A stretch of 64,000 bases of DNA from Eledone cirrhosa (GCA_964016885.1 OZ024758.1:14818001-14882000); one strand, 5' to 3'. Positions 1 through 19,048 are shown, counted from the stretch's first letter. Made by a program: numbers and translations. Notes: a model not told the origin generated them from the letters alone.

Positions 1-215
1 CTAACCACATGCCCATAGTATCGGAGCTGTGATCACTCAATTCAGAGAAGTAGCGGCTCTACCTGGAGTGACTCTCTGATCTCTGAGCTACAAATCTGAC
101 CAGTGATTCTTTTCTGAGACATTCTAACCACATGCCCATAGTATCGGAGCTGTGATCACTCAATTCAGAGAAGTAGCGGCTCTACCTGGAGTGACTCTCT
201 GATCTCTGAGCTACA
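1..215 (-). repeat. 123-bp tandem repeat derived from RTE LINE 3' coding sequence (partial, window edge)
   Basis: ctaaccacatgcccatag recurs at 1 and 124; reverse complement of the units at 21060-21430. Confidence 0.8.
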
Positions 216-434
216 CACTTTATCGAGAAATATTACTCCAAAGACACTTTAAAGGAACCCCATTTTAGCCGCTTGTATTCACACTCGTATTCTTTTGGTC
301 ATTACTCAAGATTCATGACCAGAAGTAAGGGTTGGCACGAATACCGAATTGAAGATAGCAAGAGAGAGAAAGGGGGGGGGAGATAGATAGAGAGCTAGAG
401 GGAGAGATGGAAAGAGAAATTTAGAGAGATAGAT

Positions 435-1020
435 ATGTTTCTTTATTAGCCACAGGGGCACAAAAGAAGGGGACAAATACAAAGGAGGAAGTTTACATAC
501 AATAAAACGTGTAAAATATTATCACAAATGCAATTTAAAAATTAGTTGATTTTCCCCAATAGGGGGAGACAGTTCATATGGGTAACACATACCCCCGAAA
601 AAATGTGCAACCCTCATCTCCAGGAGTACAAAGAGTTTGTACTCCTTTCCTCTCCTCCTCCTTTTCCTCAACCTACAGGCTGATATAGAGAGAAGGCCCA
701 TTCACTTGGACCATTCTCGCCACTTTCACCCACCTTTCATAAAACTTACTGGGGTACAGCACCTCTCTCTCCATCCTGATTCTTCTTCCAAAGTGGTATT
801 TGAAGAAAAGAATCAGTTGTTGGCCGGAGAGAAAGGTGTCTGACCTCAGCCCTTTCAACCTTGTCCACCATACAACCTCTTTCGCCATAGCTATCACACA
901 AGGGAAAACCGCCTCTCCTTCGTTTTTGAAAGAGGGTGGCGGTTTGATCATGACAATGGACTCGGTGGTCAACCGGATTGGTCCCACCCGCGACAATAGT
1001 CGTTCTACATAGCCCCACAG
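435..1020 (-). mobile_element. 5'-truncated Tx1/L1-type non-LTR retrotransposon 3' end
   Basis: ORF 673-996 is nearly identical to the C-terminus of ORF 59030-60850 (SRVGPIRLTTESIVMIKPPP...GPSLYISL); same AATAAAGAAACATAT end; flanked by (GA)/(GATA) repeats. Confidence 0.9.
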
Positions 1021-1568
1021 ATAGATAGAGAAAGAGAGACATGACCCATACCAAATTGGTCTTTTAATTTATCGACCTCAAAATGTTGAAAGCCCAAGTC
1101 AACCTCCCCAGAATCTGAACTTAGAGCAAAACACAAACCAAAGATCTGGTGGTGTTCTAACAAATTTGCCAATTTACTGGCCTGGAAAATTATTTTTCAG
1201 ATTAAAACTTGCTCAATTTTTTTGTTGTTGATTTTTTTAAAATTTTCTTTTTACTGCCAATTAGATGTGTCTTACTTTCTTCACATCAATGATGCTTTGG
1301 GGAGAGCTGAAAATCTTAGAAATTCCAATTTATTTTTCAGTAAATACCTCAACTCTTATGCTTGTTTAAAGGAAGAAGGAAAGGAAAAAAAAAATTATTA
1401 CAAGCTGGTAATAAAAAGTTCCATTTTTGTATTTATTTCTATACAGCTGTTATTTTCTCCTCCTTCTTTTCACTAATTCTAATGTCATATTCCAAACGCA
1501 TTGTTATACAAGTTGTCTTAAAAAAAAAAATTCTTTTGAATCTTTTTCTCAGTTCTTTATTTTTTGTC

Positions 1569-4460
<2,892 letters not shown>

Positions 4461-4682
4461 ATATATAGGGAGCAGCAGCTGTTAGGGCAAGACGTGTTTT
4501 CTTGGGCTCTGCTAGAGTCAGCAGCAACACACAACCACGTGTTGCTACACACACACAAGAGGAAAGAGAAAATTTAAAATTTATGAGACCAATAGAGATA
4601 TGTACATTTATATATTTATATCTAGATATTGCTATCATCATTTACAGTCCCTCTGTGTTTAATGTATGTTCATTAGTATATG

Positions 4683-4990
4683 TGTTGTTATTTCTGCTTG
4701 CATTTTGCATATATACATATATATATCTATATATATGCTTGCGTGGACCCCTCTCAAAATTCGTTGGATTTTCTAATTGGATACCCCAACACTGGATACC
4801 AACACTGAATACACCTGAACTTCTACCAGGAAATCTTTCGTTGTCATTTCTGCTTGCATTTTACATATATAGATATATATATCAATGGTTGCGTGGACCC
4901 CTCTTAAAGATTCGTTGGATTTTCTAATTGGATACCCCGAAACTGGATACCAATCACTGAATACACCTGAACTTCTACCAGGAAATCTTT
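4683..4990. repeat. Two-copy direct repeat, ~150 bp
   Basis: gcgtggacccctct...aggaaatctt at 4741 and 4891. Confidence 0.85.
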
Positions 4991-5880
4991 CATATCAGTG
5001 AAAATTTTCTTTTCTTTGCTTCATATATATTATATATACTTGGCCGCCATTGCAAAAGGCCATAAATTCAAAATTTTGAAGAGAGAGGAAAAGAGAGAAG
5101 TGATCTATGAACTTGTAACATCTCACTGACCCCCCCGTCACCACAATAACAATAACGCCTACACTCGCTCCCCACCATCACCACATTACTCTAAGGTCGC
5201 TGTCCTGTCCCCTGTTGACATACTGCTGACTATCTTTTGATGTATGTATGTGTATATACATATGTGTATGTGTGTGTATATGTGTATATCTCTGTGGATG
5301 CGACCAGATTTCAACACAGCAACAACTACAACAACAACAGCAGCAACACCAACAACAACAACAACAGCAACAACACCATCGTCTGTGTTGAATGTGTGTG
5401 TATGTATTTGTATATATGCGACAGCAATAACAGCATCAACACCATTGTCTGCAGCAACAGCAGCAGTGAAATGAAGGACAACAACAACAGTAACAACTAC
5501 AGCACCAACAACTGTCACCACCATCACTGACCATCCACCACCACCACGCTGATACCATCCACCACCACACTGACACCATCCACCACCGCCATTACCAGCG
5601 TAAACAAACAATTATTATTGTTATTGTTATTATATACAAGCCGAACTGGACTGGGAAAGGTCAACAGTTGACATGATAGTGATTTTGACGATTTTGACTT
5701 TGATTTTGATTTTGTATCAGAACTGTCGGTAATATATGTATATATATATATGTGTTTGTGAGTTGTGTGTGTGATTGTATGCATGAATGAGTGTTGGTAT
5801 GTGTGGTTGTGGTTTGTATGCATGAGTATTAGTGTGTGAGTCGTGTCAATAAGTTTGTTTTTTTTTTTTTTTTTTTTTTT

Positions 5881-8800
5881 AAATGACCATGCTGTAAAAT
5901 GGAGGGGTAGAGAGGGCCCTTGAGTCTAGTAAGACATCCTCTCTAGTGCTGGTGGCACAAATAAAAGCACCCAGTCCATGCTGTAAAGTGGCGCTGGTGT
6001 TAGGAAGGGCATCCAACCAGTGTATCAATGCCAAAAAGCTTATCAGCACAGCAACAAAACAGCATAGAAAAAAATATGAAGACGTCGCATCTCAGAGTTG
6101 CAACACTTAATGTTGGCACTCTCAGAGGTAGATCTGCTGAAATAGCGGAGATGCTGGAGAGAAGGCAGGTGGATGTGTGCTGCGTGCAAGAGGTGAGATG
6201 GAGAGGTGCCTCTGCGAGACTAGTCGTAGGCAAGCGTCTTAGCTATAAGCTATTCTGGGTAGGTAAGGATGATGGGTTAGGGGGAGTAGGCATTTTCCTG
6301 GCTGAGAAATGGATCAATAAGACAATAGAGGTAGTTCGAGTTAGTAATCGAATAATTAAGCTTAGATTAGTTGTAGGTAGGAGACTACTGACAATCATCT
6401 CGGTCTATGCTCCCCAAGCAGGCCTAGGCAAAGATGAGAAAGACTGCTTTTATGAGCAACTTTTGCAAACAACCACAATGACAGAGGACGGAGACATCGT
6501 TATGCTAGCAGGAGACTTCAATGGTCATGTTGGACAGCTCCAGAATGGTTACACTGGGGTACATGGTGGGCATGGTTACGGTTCAAGAAATGAAGAAGGA
6601 GTGAGACTTCTTGAATTTTGTGATGCAAGTACATTGACTATTTGCAACACAAACTTCCAGAAACCTGCCAATCACCTAATAACCTACAAATCTGGTGAGC
6701 ACATAAGCCAGATTGACTTCCTGCTAGTTAGGCAGCGGGACAGGCAGATAGTGTCTAATACCAAGGCATACCCTGGGGAAGAATGTACCCCACAGCATAG
6801 GTTAGTTGTTAGTGATATCTCAGTAAGCAAGAGATGGAATGAGCCATATAGGAAGGTGTGGAGAAGAAAGGTCTGGAAGCTAAAAGACCTTTCACTAAAA
6901 TTCAAATTTAGGAAAGCCCTTCAAGATGTATATGACGAAAAAGAAGACGATTTAGAGACGTATGACATAGATAATAACTGGAAGTTCTTACGTGACAACT
7001 TGCTGAAGGCTACTGATGAAACTTGTGGCTGGAGCAGAGCCCCAACCAGACAGAGAGTGACCTGGTGGTGGAACAGCAGTGTAGATAAGGCTATTAGAGA
7101 CAAAAGACTAGCATGGAAGGCTTGGAATAAGGGTGGGAGTAGGGAAGAATATACAGCCACTAAGAGAGAAGCTAGACGTCAGGTGTACTTAGCACGCAGG
7201 GAGGCAGAGAGTAGGAGGTTTGCCAATGTTCTGCGACGGGAAGATCAGAGGCGTGCGGTGTTCCACATTGCAAGGCAGTGTGTCAATGCAAATCAGGATG
7301 TTGTTGGTGATAAATGTGTCCGGGATGATGCCGGTGTACTTAGTGTCACGAATGACCAGAAAAAGGAGGCCTGGAAATGCCATTATGAGAGACTGATGAA
7401 TGTGGAGAACGAATGGGAGAGAGAGAAATTACCCTTGGTAGATCCGACAGAGGGACCAGCTATTGAGATTGACGAATATAGGGTCCAAGAGGCGATTAGG
7501 GAAATGAAAAATGGTAAGGCGGCCGGACCATCGGGAATAGTTGCTGAGATGCTGAAGGCATCAGGGGACGTAGGCACTAAACTGGTTGCACGCATAATCA
7601 ATCAGGCTATATATGGTGGTGTCATACCCAAAGACTGGTGCAGCAGTATTCTCATAAATTGCTACAAAGGTAAAGGGGATGCTTTGGAGAGGAGCAATTA
7701 TAGGGGTATAAAACTGATAGATCAGGTTATGAAAGTGGCAGAAAGGATTTTAGCACAACTAATTAGAGAAAGGGTCAAACTAGATGAGATGCAGTTTGGT
7801 TTTGTGCCTGGGAAGAGTACAACAGATGCCCTCTTCTTGGTGAGACAAATGCAAGAGAGGTTCTTAGAGAAGAATAAGCCACTATACTTGGCCTTTGTTG
7901 ACCTAGAGAAGGCCTTTGATAGGGTACCCCGATCTGTCATCTGGTGGTCCCTAAGGAAGCTGGGTGTTGAGGAATGGCTTGTAAGGACAGTGCAAACTTT
8001 GTACAGAGGTACTCTCAGTAAAGTCAGGGTAGGAATGGAGTTTAGTGAGGAATTCCAGATACAAGTAGGAGTACATCAGGGTTCGGTCCTCAGCCCGCTC
8101 TTGTTCATTATAGTCCTCCAAGCCATAACAGAGGAGTTTAAGACTGGCTGTCCATGGGAACTTCTCTATGCTGACGATCTGGCTCTTATGGCAGAATCAG
8201 TAGAGGAGCTAGAGAATAAATTCCGGCTATGGAAACAGCAGTTGGAAGCAAGAGGACTGAGAGTAAATCTAGCTAAGACAAAAGTGTTGATGAGTAGAAA
8301 AGAGGACAAAACCCTGATTCCGTCAGGGAAATGGCCATGTTCGATATGCAGAAAAGGAACTGGCATAAATTCTATAAAATGCACACAATGTAGGTCCTGG
8401 GTACACAAGAGATGTAGCGGGATAGCAGGCAAACTAACAGGTAGGGAGAAATATGTATGCAGTAGATGTACAGGGAAATTAGACAGTAGAAGTCGCACTG
8501 ATAGACACATTTTTCAAATGCGAGAGGGCGCTATAGAAGTGGTGGATAGCTTCCGGTACCTAGGAGATCAGATTAGCATGGGAGGAGGGTGTTCCGAGGC
8601 CATAGTATCTAGAATAAGGACGGGTTGGAAGAAGTTTAGGGAGCTGCTTCCTCTGTTGACGAAGAAGGGTTTCTCCCTGCATACGAAAGGCCGGTTGTAT
8701 GATGCCTGTGTGAGGAGCGCGATGCTGCATGGTAGTGAGACATGGGCAGCTACCGCAGAAGATATGCGACGGCTGGAGAGAAATGAGGCAAGCATGCTCC

Positions 8801-9167
8801 GTTGGATGTGCAGTGTAAATGTGCGTGAACGACCCAGCATAAATGTGTTGAGAGAGAAACTGTGTCTGAGAGGGATAGAATGTAGTGTACGGGAGAGGAG
8901 ACTGAGGTGGTATGGACATGTGATGCGCATGGAGGATGACCGATGGGTGAAGAAGTGCCAGGAAATGCCAGTTGAAGGAAGACGTAGTAGAGGTAGACCA
9001 CGAAAAACATGGGCGGAGGTGGTGAGAACAGACCTCAGATCATTGAAGCTCACGGTGGAGATGACGAGGGACCGTGACGAGTGGAGAGATGCTGTGCTGA
9101 ATAAGACCCGTCCCACCCTTGCAAGCAGGGAAAAGCGGACGTAAAATGATGATGATGATGATGATGA
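5881..9167 (+). mobile_element. Apparently full-length RTE-clade LINE
   Basis: Short 5' UTR, single APE-RT ORF, stop codon followed directly by a (GAT)n tail that runs into (AT)n. Confidence 0.93.
6028..9144 (+). CDS. RTE LINE polyprotein: AP endonuclease + reverse transcriptase + PHD-like zinc finger
   Basis: 1038 aa open frame; APE motifs [29 protein letters not shown]; RT motifs [36 protein letters not shown]; C-terminal [19 protein letters not shown] typical of RTE. Confidence 0.96.
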   Translation: MPKSLSAQQQNSIEKNMKTSHLRVATLNVGTLRGRSAEIAEMLERRQVDVCCVQEVRWRGASARLVVGKRLSYKLFWVGKDDGLGGVGIFLAEKWINKTIEVVRVSNRIIKLRLVVGRRLLTIISVYAPQAGLGKDEKDCFYEQLLQTTTMTEDGDIVMLAGDFNGHVGQLQNGYTGVHGGHGYGSRNEEGVRLLEFCDASTLTICNTNFQKPANHLITYKSGEHISQIDFLLVRQRDRQIVSNTKAYPGEECTPQHRLVVSDISVSKRWNEPYRKVWRRKVWKLKDLSLKFKFRKALQDVYDEKEDDLETYDIDNNWKFLRDNLLKATDETCGWSRAPTRQRVTWWWNSSVDKAIRDKRLAWKAWNKGGSREEYTATKREARRQVYLARREAESRRFANVLRREDQRRAVFHIARQCVNANQDVVGDKCVRDDAGVLSVTNDQKKEAWKCHYERLMNVENEWEREKLPLVDPTEGPAIEIDEYRVQEAIREMKNGKAAGPSGIVAEMLKASGDVGTKLVARIINQAIYGGVIPKDWCSSILINCYKGKGDALERSNYRGIKLIDQVMKVAERILAQLIRERVKLDEMQFGFVPGKSTTDALFLVRQMQERFLEKNKPLYLAFVDLEKAFDRVPRSVIWWSLRKLGVEEWLVRTVQTLYRGTLSKVRVGMEFSEEFQIQVGVHQGSVLSPLLFIIVLQAITEEFKTGCPWELLYADDLALMAESVEELENKFRLWKQQLEARGLRVNLAKTKVLMSRKEDKTLIPSGKWPCSICRKGTGINSIKCTQCRSWVHKRCSGIAGKLTGREKYVCSRCTGKLDSRSRTDRHIFQMREGAIEVVDSFRYLGDQISMGGGCSEAIVSRIRTGWKKFRELLPLLTKKGFSLHTKGRLYDACVRSAMLHGSETWAATAEDMRRLERNEASMLRWMCSVNVRERPSINVLREKLCLRGIECSVRERRLRWYGHVMRMEDDRWVKKCQEMPVEGRRSRGRPRKTWAEVVRTDLRSLKLTVEMTRDRDEWRDAVLNKTRPTLASREKRT

Positions 9168-11027
<1,860 letters not shown>

Positions 11028-11137
11028 ATATATATATATATAATGTATATATATATGTATATATATATATATATATAATATTTTGAATGTATATCTATTA
11101 TATAATATATATATATATATATGTGTATATATATATA

Positions 11138-11181
<44 letters not shown>

Positions 11182-11282
11182 CAAAGTTTTATTTAAATTG
11201 TTGGGTTACAACGAGTAAATATCTATAACTGATATAAAAGCACTCAACAAGTATTTGGAGTATATTTACGATATCGTATATG

Positions 11283-11329
<47 letters not shown>

Positions 11330-11336
11330 GTATGTA

Positions 11337-11692
11337 TCATCATCATCATCATTTCATTTTACGTCCGCTTTTCCCTGCTTGCAAGGGTGGGACGGGAACT
11401 GATTCTGGCTTGATTTCTACAGCTGGATGCCCTTCCTAACACCAACCTCATTTACAGTGTGGGCTGGGTGCTTTTTTGCCGTGGCACCTCCAGGTCCACT
11501 TTACAGTGGAGTGATAAGGACCCCAGTCCCAGACCCCAGTCCCTATCATCTCATTTCTACAGCTGAGTAAACTGGAGCAATGTGAAATAAAGTGTCTTGC
11601 TCAAGGAAACAACACATCACCTGGGCTGAGAATTGAACTCACAACCTTTCGATTGCAAGCCCAATGCTCTAACCACTAAGCCATGTGCCTCC
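11337..11692 (-). mobile_element. tRNA-derived SINE with RTE-derived body and tail (family 1)
   Basis: Head ggaggcacatggcttagtggttagagc (A box) and gagttcaattctc (B box); 3' end identical to LINE 9107-9150. Confidence 0.9.
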
Positions 11693-11721
11693 GTATATAT
11701 GTATATATATATATACATATG

Positions 11722-11796
<75 letters not shown>

Positions 11797-12149
11797 ATAT
11801 ATATATGTATATATATGTATATATATGTATATATAAGTATATATATATATGTATGTATATATATGTATATATATATATACATATATATGTATATATATAT
11901 ATATACATATATATGTATATATATATATATATACATATATATGTATATATATATATACATATATATACATATATATATATACACACAGATATATATATAT
12001 ATATGTATATATATACATATATATATATATATACACACACACATATATATATATGCACATATATACATATATATATATACACATATATATACACATATAT
12101 ATATACACATATATATATACACATATATATATATACATATATATGTACT

Positions 12150-12182
<33 letters not shown>

Positions 12183-12225
12183 TTGTGTTTCGTTATTTCG
12201 TGGGCCGAAATTCCGATTCTCGATA

Positions 12226-12267
<42 letters not shown>

Positions 12268-13712
12268 TATGTAGATATGGTGTGTGTGTATTATGTATGT
12301 ATATATATATATATGTATGTATGTATGTGTGTATGTATATATAATATATATGTATATATATATATATATGCCTATTTATGAGTGCCCATTATACAAGCAT
12401 AAAATACATACTGAATCCATCTGTCCATTATTTAAAGAGTGTTTATTATTCACAATATTTATATCTGTTTGTGAAGGAGAAAAATGAATTTCTATTGTAA
12501 TGTTTATTAAAGACAAGCTGTGCAGAAAACTTCATGTGTTGTTAAATCTTGCTGGATTCTTCTCCCATTTATTTTTTCTTTGAAAGTCTTTTATGAATTA
12601 GATTTGGAAAATATTGAATTATTTAAGAAGAAACAACATTTTTTGAAAAGTAACAATAAATGAACAAATGACTTTGAATTTTCATTTTCTCTGAGTGTGT
12701 GGATTACAATATACTTTCATGTAACTTGGCCACATACTATGAGAATTTCAATAAAAGAAGTTGTATGTTATTAAACAATATTTTCAAAGTTAGTGCATTG
12801 CTCTTGATGAATTTGTAAGTTTTTAATATGTGTTTCAGTGGTTTAAGCTTGTGCTGTTTGTCTAAATATATTATGAAATGGAAAATAGCTGTTTTGGCTT
12901 TATGCCAGAAGATATTTTCATAAACAAAGCTGCTTCACATTAATATGATGCAATAAATTATATTTTCTAAATCTCTCCTTTACCCATCTCGGCTAGCACA
13001 GAATAAATTAGTTATAATTCTTCCGGATTGTTTGGGTGCCAAGATCTATGGCATTACAATATATTTTTAAAAAGATTTTTTTAATGGAGCTATTAAAGAA
13101 AAAAGAAAAAATACCACAAAAAAATATAAATCATTAATCATTTCCACAGTTTGCTTTGTTTGTTTTTCATCCAGTTTTATATTTTTCTCTGTTTCCTGAA
13201 TAGCATCCTTGAGGGAACAATAATCTCGCCTTGATTTTCTTCTCAAAATATTCCAACACAACCCTTATTTATTCTTAGATAATGTTACATAGCAATCCAA
13301 CTTTTATTTGTTTCTTTGAACTCTATTGCATCTTTCACACTCTATTGTAAAATATTTCTAAGTTAGCATATATCAGTTCAAATTGAGGTTAGCTTTGCTT
13401 TTCATCCTTACAGGGTTGATAAAATAAAGTACCAGTAATACACTGGAATCAATTTAATTGACTAGGTTAGCATATATTAGTTCAAATTGAGGTTAGCTTT
13501 GCTTTCATCCTTATAGGGTTGATAAAATAAAGTACCAGTAATACACTGGAGTCAATTTAATTGACTAGGTTAGCATATATCAGTTCAAATTGAGGTTAGC
13601 TTTAAAATATAATTGTGATGGAAGGTTTTAATATTAAAATAACAATATTAAAATAAGCAGATTTGTATCATAAATCCAGGACGGTTTCAGATAGTTTGGT
13701 AACAAAAGTGCT

Positions 13713-14495
13713 AAGTGACATGTACTCACTATGATATCACTATGCTCACTTTGAAGTGACATGTACTCACTATGATATCACTATGCTCACTTTGAAGTGA
13801 CATGAGCTCATTATGATATCACTATGCTCACTTTGAAGTGACAAGAGCTCACTATGATATCATTATCCTCACTTTGAAGTGACATGAGCTCACTATGATA
13901 TCACTATGCTCACTTTGAAGTGACATGAGCTCACTATGATATCACTATGCTCACTTTGAAGTGACATGAGCTCATTATGATATCACTATGCTCACTTTGA
14001 AGTGACAAGAGCTCACTATGATATCATTATCCTCACTTTGAAGTGACAAGAGCTCACTATGATATCACTATGCTCACTTTGAAGTGACATGAGCTCACTA
14101 TGATATCACTATGCTCACTTTGAAGTGACATGAGCTCACTATGATATCACTATGCTCACTTTGAAGTGACAAGAGCTCACTATGATATCATTACTCTCAC
14201 TTTGAAGTGACAAGAGCTCACTATGATATCATTATTCTCACTTTGAAGTGACAAGAGCTCACTATGATATCATTATTCTCACTTTGAAGTGACAAGAGCT
14301 CACTATGATATCGTTATTCTCAATTTGAAGTGATATTTGCTCACTTAAAATTTACAAATACTGTAGTTTCAGATAGTTTGGTAATAAAAGTGTTAAGTGA
14401 CAAGTATTCACTATGATATCGTTATTCTCACTTTGAAGTGACATAAGCTCACTATGATATCGTTATTCTCACTTTGAAGTGATATGAGCTCACTT
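13713..14495. repeat. 41-bp minisatellite
   Basis: Unit aagtgacatgagctcactatgatatcactatgctcactttg, ~17 copies. Confidence 0.93.
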
Positions 14496-15110
14496 AGAAT
14501 TACCAATACTGTAGTTTCAGTCAGTTTGCTGTGGCAAATCTGGAAAATTGCCATCATAGTTTTTTTTTTCTTTTTAAATATCCGATTTCTCTTGTTGTTT
14601 GATGTTTTATTCCTGAGATTTTTTCTGAATATTATTTCAGTATATACAACATTTCTATCATTCTATCTCTGAAGATGTGTGTTTTGCTTGAAATGTCAGG
14701 GTTCTCATCTCCCCGCAGCATTGTGATATATGTAATAAAAGACCAATGATTTTCAAAAAGCCGGTACAATGTTTTGAACTGTTTCAGCTCCTCATTTGAA
14801 AAGAGGGGATTAGCCCTGAAATATCATGTTGAAATATACTGGGTAAAACATTGCTTTGTTTTGTTTTGTCATCATTTGCCCTTTGTATTTTTCTACTGCA
14901 TTGTAGCAACTTTTTGAAAATTATCGGTAATTTAATTTTGTGAAATATTCAAAGAATAATGTTTCTCTATAAGAATCTTAAATCCAATGAATTAACTCTT
15001 TTGTTATCGTATTTTTAATGAACGACACTGTCTATGATTTTCAAATAATCTTTAAAATAATCAAGAATTTAGATGAATTTAGTAATCTAATTAACTTATT
15101 ATTATTAAGT

Positions 15111-15520
15111 TAGTGGATTGGCAGTATCGGTAGAGGGTCGGACGCCATGCTTTCTAGCATAGTTACATCACTTTACGATCTGAGTTCAAATCCCGCCGAG
15201 GTTGACTTTGCCTTTCATCCTTACGGGGTCGATAAAATAAAGTACCAGTAAGTAATGCACTGGGTAATTGCTGGCCTTGTGCCTAAAGTAGAAACAATTA
15301 TTAAGTTAGTGGGAGGTGGATTGGCAGTATCAGTAGAGTGTCGGACAATATACTTTATGGCATAGAGTTATGGCTCTTTACGTTCTGAGTAATTCTTGCT
15401 GAAGTTAGCTTTGCCTTTCATCCTTACAGGGTCAATAAAATAAAGTAACAGTAATGTACTGGGGGTCAATTTAATCGACTTTTCCTTCCCCAAGCCTTGT
15501 GCCTTAATCAGAAACCATTA
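15111..15520 (+). mobile_element. Two tandem tRNA-derived SINEs (family 2; gcctttcatccttacggggtcgataaaataaagtaccag core)
   Basis: A box tggcagtatcggtaga, B box gagttcaaatcc, (ATT) tail; same family at 13370-13600, 17460-17760, 36150-36340, 45400-45580. Confidence 0.85.
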
Positions 15521-16377
15521 TTAAGTTAGTGTTTTGAACATAAATTGACATAAATTCTTAGGTAAAATATCTTGGAAGGTGTTTGGATAAATATAAACCC
15601 TTTAAAATAAACAGCTTTGTATCATAGAAAGAATTAGAGGTATTTTCAGGTTGTTTGGTATTAAAAAGGTTAAACAATTTCTGCAGTGGCATATAAAATG
15701 CTAGCTGGGGAGAAAGAACAGAGACGATTGCATCTGTTCCTCTTGTCTCTTATCTTAATTTATGTCATGATACAAACTCTAATAGACTTTTCTTTCACCC
15801 AACCTTTCCCCGACTTCATTTAATCCTCATCCAGTTACAGCAGCAAAATCTAGCTTTCCCTTCAAGCCAGATATTTCACATCAAAATCAATTGGATATAT
15901 AAGTGTTTGTTGAAAATCTTTCATCTCATTGAAGTTGTTATAGCTCTTTCTATGTAGCCTACATGCCAGCTGTGGTCAGTTCTTTCTATTGAGCTATCAG
16001 TTCTGCTTGAAAGACAAAGTTTCTTATCAAGTTAAATTTAACTTCTGATACATATTGCATCCTTATTTCTAAATGAAGACTTTATACCTTTCTCAATGTC
16101 TTTTTCACAGAATGTGTTAAAGAGGTTCTTACATAAATTTATGATGGAAGGTTTTTAGATAAATATAAACACTTTAAAATAAACATCTCAGTGGGTGCAG
16201 GCTTCAGGAAGTTTGGTATTGACAGGGTTACATTAAAGATCATGATTTTGCAAAACAATTTGTTTTTCCTCATTCCCTCCCTCTTATTTATAAAGATAGG
16301 ATTACCTGTAAGTCATTTCTAATTTACTTAGCTAATTATTTAATATGATATTCAATAAGAATTTTAAAATTAAGATT

Positions 16378-16606
16378 TTAACCCTTTAGCATTTACATTA
16401 CTCTATATTTACTATTCTATTTTCATTGTGAAGGTTTTAACTCGCATAGTTATCTCACTGAATATTAAATCTATGAGATTTTGATGTTATTTATTTTGCG
16501 AACAGTACCTTAACATAAGTATAAGCGGCCAGTTACAGCCAGTTTGAACAGAAAGCGGTGAGAGAATTCTGGGCAGATATGGCTAGTTTAAATGCCAAAG
16601 GGTTAA
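16378..16606. mobile_element. TTAA-flanked MITE (piggyBac-like ends)
   Basis: TIR ttaaccctttagcattta...taaatgccaaagggttaa; other copies at 30360, 56467 and partial copies at 16700-16940, 19790-19979, 45715-45879. Confidence 0.85.
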
Positions 16607-18039
16607 TGTGATTTAATGCGGTAGAGGACATTAAGAGTTAAGTATTACTGCTTTCCCTCCTGCCCATTGTGTCAAGTGAAGCTTTTCAAATTATCTCAAT
16701 ACAGGCCTCATAAATGTTAAATAAAGTTCATTAGTTATTTATTTTGAGAACAATACCTTAACATCTGTATGAGCGGCCAGTTACAGCTGGTTTGAACAGG
16801 AAGAGGTGAGAGAATTCTGGTCAGATACAGCTAGTTTGAATAGAAAAAGTGAGAGAATTCTGGTCAGATACAGCCAGTTTGAACAGAAAGAGGTGAGAGA
16901 ATTCTGGCTTGATATGGTAGGTTTAAATGCTAAAGGGTTAATGTATCCCACTGCAGAAGACAGCCAAGAATGGAGATCTTTTGTTGCTGCCTAATGTTCC
17001 ATGTAGACTAGGAGGACCTTACTAACTAACTAACCAACTAACTAGTTAATAATTCTTTTTACACAGCTGCTTCTCACTAATCATCTTTTAACTGAAAGGA
17101 AGGAATAATTTTCAATGGATCCTTGCAATCGTTGATTAATTTATATATTTCCATGTAAAATTCTGTTACATAGAAATATCAACGCCCTGTGCACTGATCT
17201 GTGGAAGCAGTTGTAAGTTTTTTTCTTAACAGATAGTCAATGATAGAAAAGTAATTCTTCAGTAGCATAGGAATGTGTTAAATGGAAACAGAGAATGGTA
17301 AATGTATTTTATGAGAATCAAGTTTTGATTATCTAATTTCATTTACAAGTAGAGAGAAAGAATTATTAACAGCTCAAATCTCTCTACTTTAATGTGTGGC
17401 TGAAGTGAAGTAGCATGGTTTGTTAATTCAGGTTTGTGAGCTCATATTTCAACGTTGTTAGGTGGAGAATTAGCTGTGTCATTAGAACGTCTGATAAAAT
17501 GTTTTGCAGTATTCATTCTGGCTTTCTGCTCCCTGAGTTCAAATCCCGCTTTGGTCAAATTTGCTTTTCATCCATTTAAAGTGTATATATATTTATCTAA
17601 GAGGCGGCAAATTGACAGAGTCATTAGAATGTCGGATAGAATGCCTTATGGTATTCGTTCCAGCTCTCTGCTCTCTCAGTTCAAATCCCGCCGAGGTCAA
17701 CTTTGCCTTTCATCCATTCAAGGTCGATAATAAAAAAGTACCAGTCTAGTACTGGGGTTGATTCTTCTTCTATATCTCTTTCTCACCTCCTTTCTCTCAC
17801 TCTCTATATCCCTTCTCTGGAAGAAATCTATTGTATTTAGACCTGGAGTGGGATAGGCTCCACCATGTGACATTATTGGGCAAATGTCTTCTACTCTAGT
17901 ACCAGTCTTGAAAAAATAAGTGCTGAGGTCAATTATATTGACTAAATCCATTGAAGGCCATGTCGCTAATATAAACATAGTTGAATGACTGAAACCAATA
18001 AAATAATAAAAGAACTAGTGTACTTGTGAACTTGTATAT

Positions 18040-18360
18040 AGCATTAGAAGGACATAAGCATTTGTTATGAATGGTTGAATGGTTGAAACAGTAAGGAAGA
18101 GGAAACTTCAGTATTTTGGCCATGTCATCAAGGCCTAAAATTTGACTATCCACATCCTTGAGGAACAAATACAGGGGAAAAGGGCCAGGGGACAGCAGAA
18201 AAGGAGATGGACAGATGATATTAAGGAATGGACAGGAAGGAGTTTGGCAGAATGTACGGCAATGGCAAGAGACAGGAAAAGATGGAGAGTTCTGGTCCAT
18301 AGGTCCATAGGTCCATGACCTCCAACCCTCAGATTTGAGGATGGAATGAGGTTAAGGCTC
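18040..18360 (+). mobile_element. Degenerate RTE-type LINE 3' fragment
   Basis: Translates to VETVRKRKLQYFGHVIK...GKRARG..RRWTDDIKEW. Confidence 0.7.
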
Positions 18361-18784
18361 AGTTAGGAATAGAACAACAATTATATTCAACAATACATAG
18401 AACTGTATGAAATCTGCTTCATGAGATTGCTAGGCTTGTCTTTCTACCACCACAACTAGACATATTTTACTTTATTATAAAGTTTTCTTGAAAGCTTTGT
18501 TGAATATTCCCAAATAATTGGTCTAATTAGGAATTCATAGCTTTGAGTAAACAACAATTTTCATGATGTTATGTAATTATATATTAAGAAGAAGAACTAT
18601 TCAAACTGTATGCTGAGAAGATCCTCAGAGGTGTAGAAGACATGCCTGGTTTGTCAATGGGAGTTATAAACAAACAAAATAACCTTTGATATGCAGATGA
18701 TGCAGCTTAATTAGCTATCAATAGAAATAACCTAGAGAACCTTGTAACTACAGTAAAGGAATGTTTCCTGGAATGGAAAGGAAA

Positions 18785-18907
18785 TCATCATCTCATCATC
18801 ATCATCACCCCCACCACTACCACCACCACCACCACCATCATCATCATCATCCTCACCACTACCACCACCACCATCATCATTATCATCATCCTCACCACTA
18901 CCACCAC

Positions 18908-18940
<33 letters not shown>

Positions 18941-18995
18941 CATCACCACCACCACCACCACCACCACCACCACCACCATCATCATCATCCTCACC

Positions 18996-19045
<50 letters not shown>

Positions 19046-19048
19046 TAT
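18785..19048. repeat. (CAT/CAC)n compound trinucleotide repeat
   Basis: Directly visible; abuts a SINE tail. Confidence 0.9.

Noticed and set aside
11600-11692. SINE heads as tRNA genes
   Set aside because: A/B boxes present but they are fused to repeat bodies in many copies, with no complete cloverleaf.
13713-14495. CRISPR-like appearance of 41-bp, 36-bp and 77-bp arrays
   Set aside because: Head-to-tail repeats with no unique spacers, in a eukaryotic context with no cas genes.
15700-17330. Possible Tigger/pogo transposase fossil on the minus strand (also 2160-2620)
   Set aside because: Only vague motif resemblance by eye; needs tBLASTn to support.
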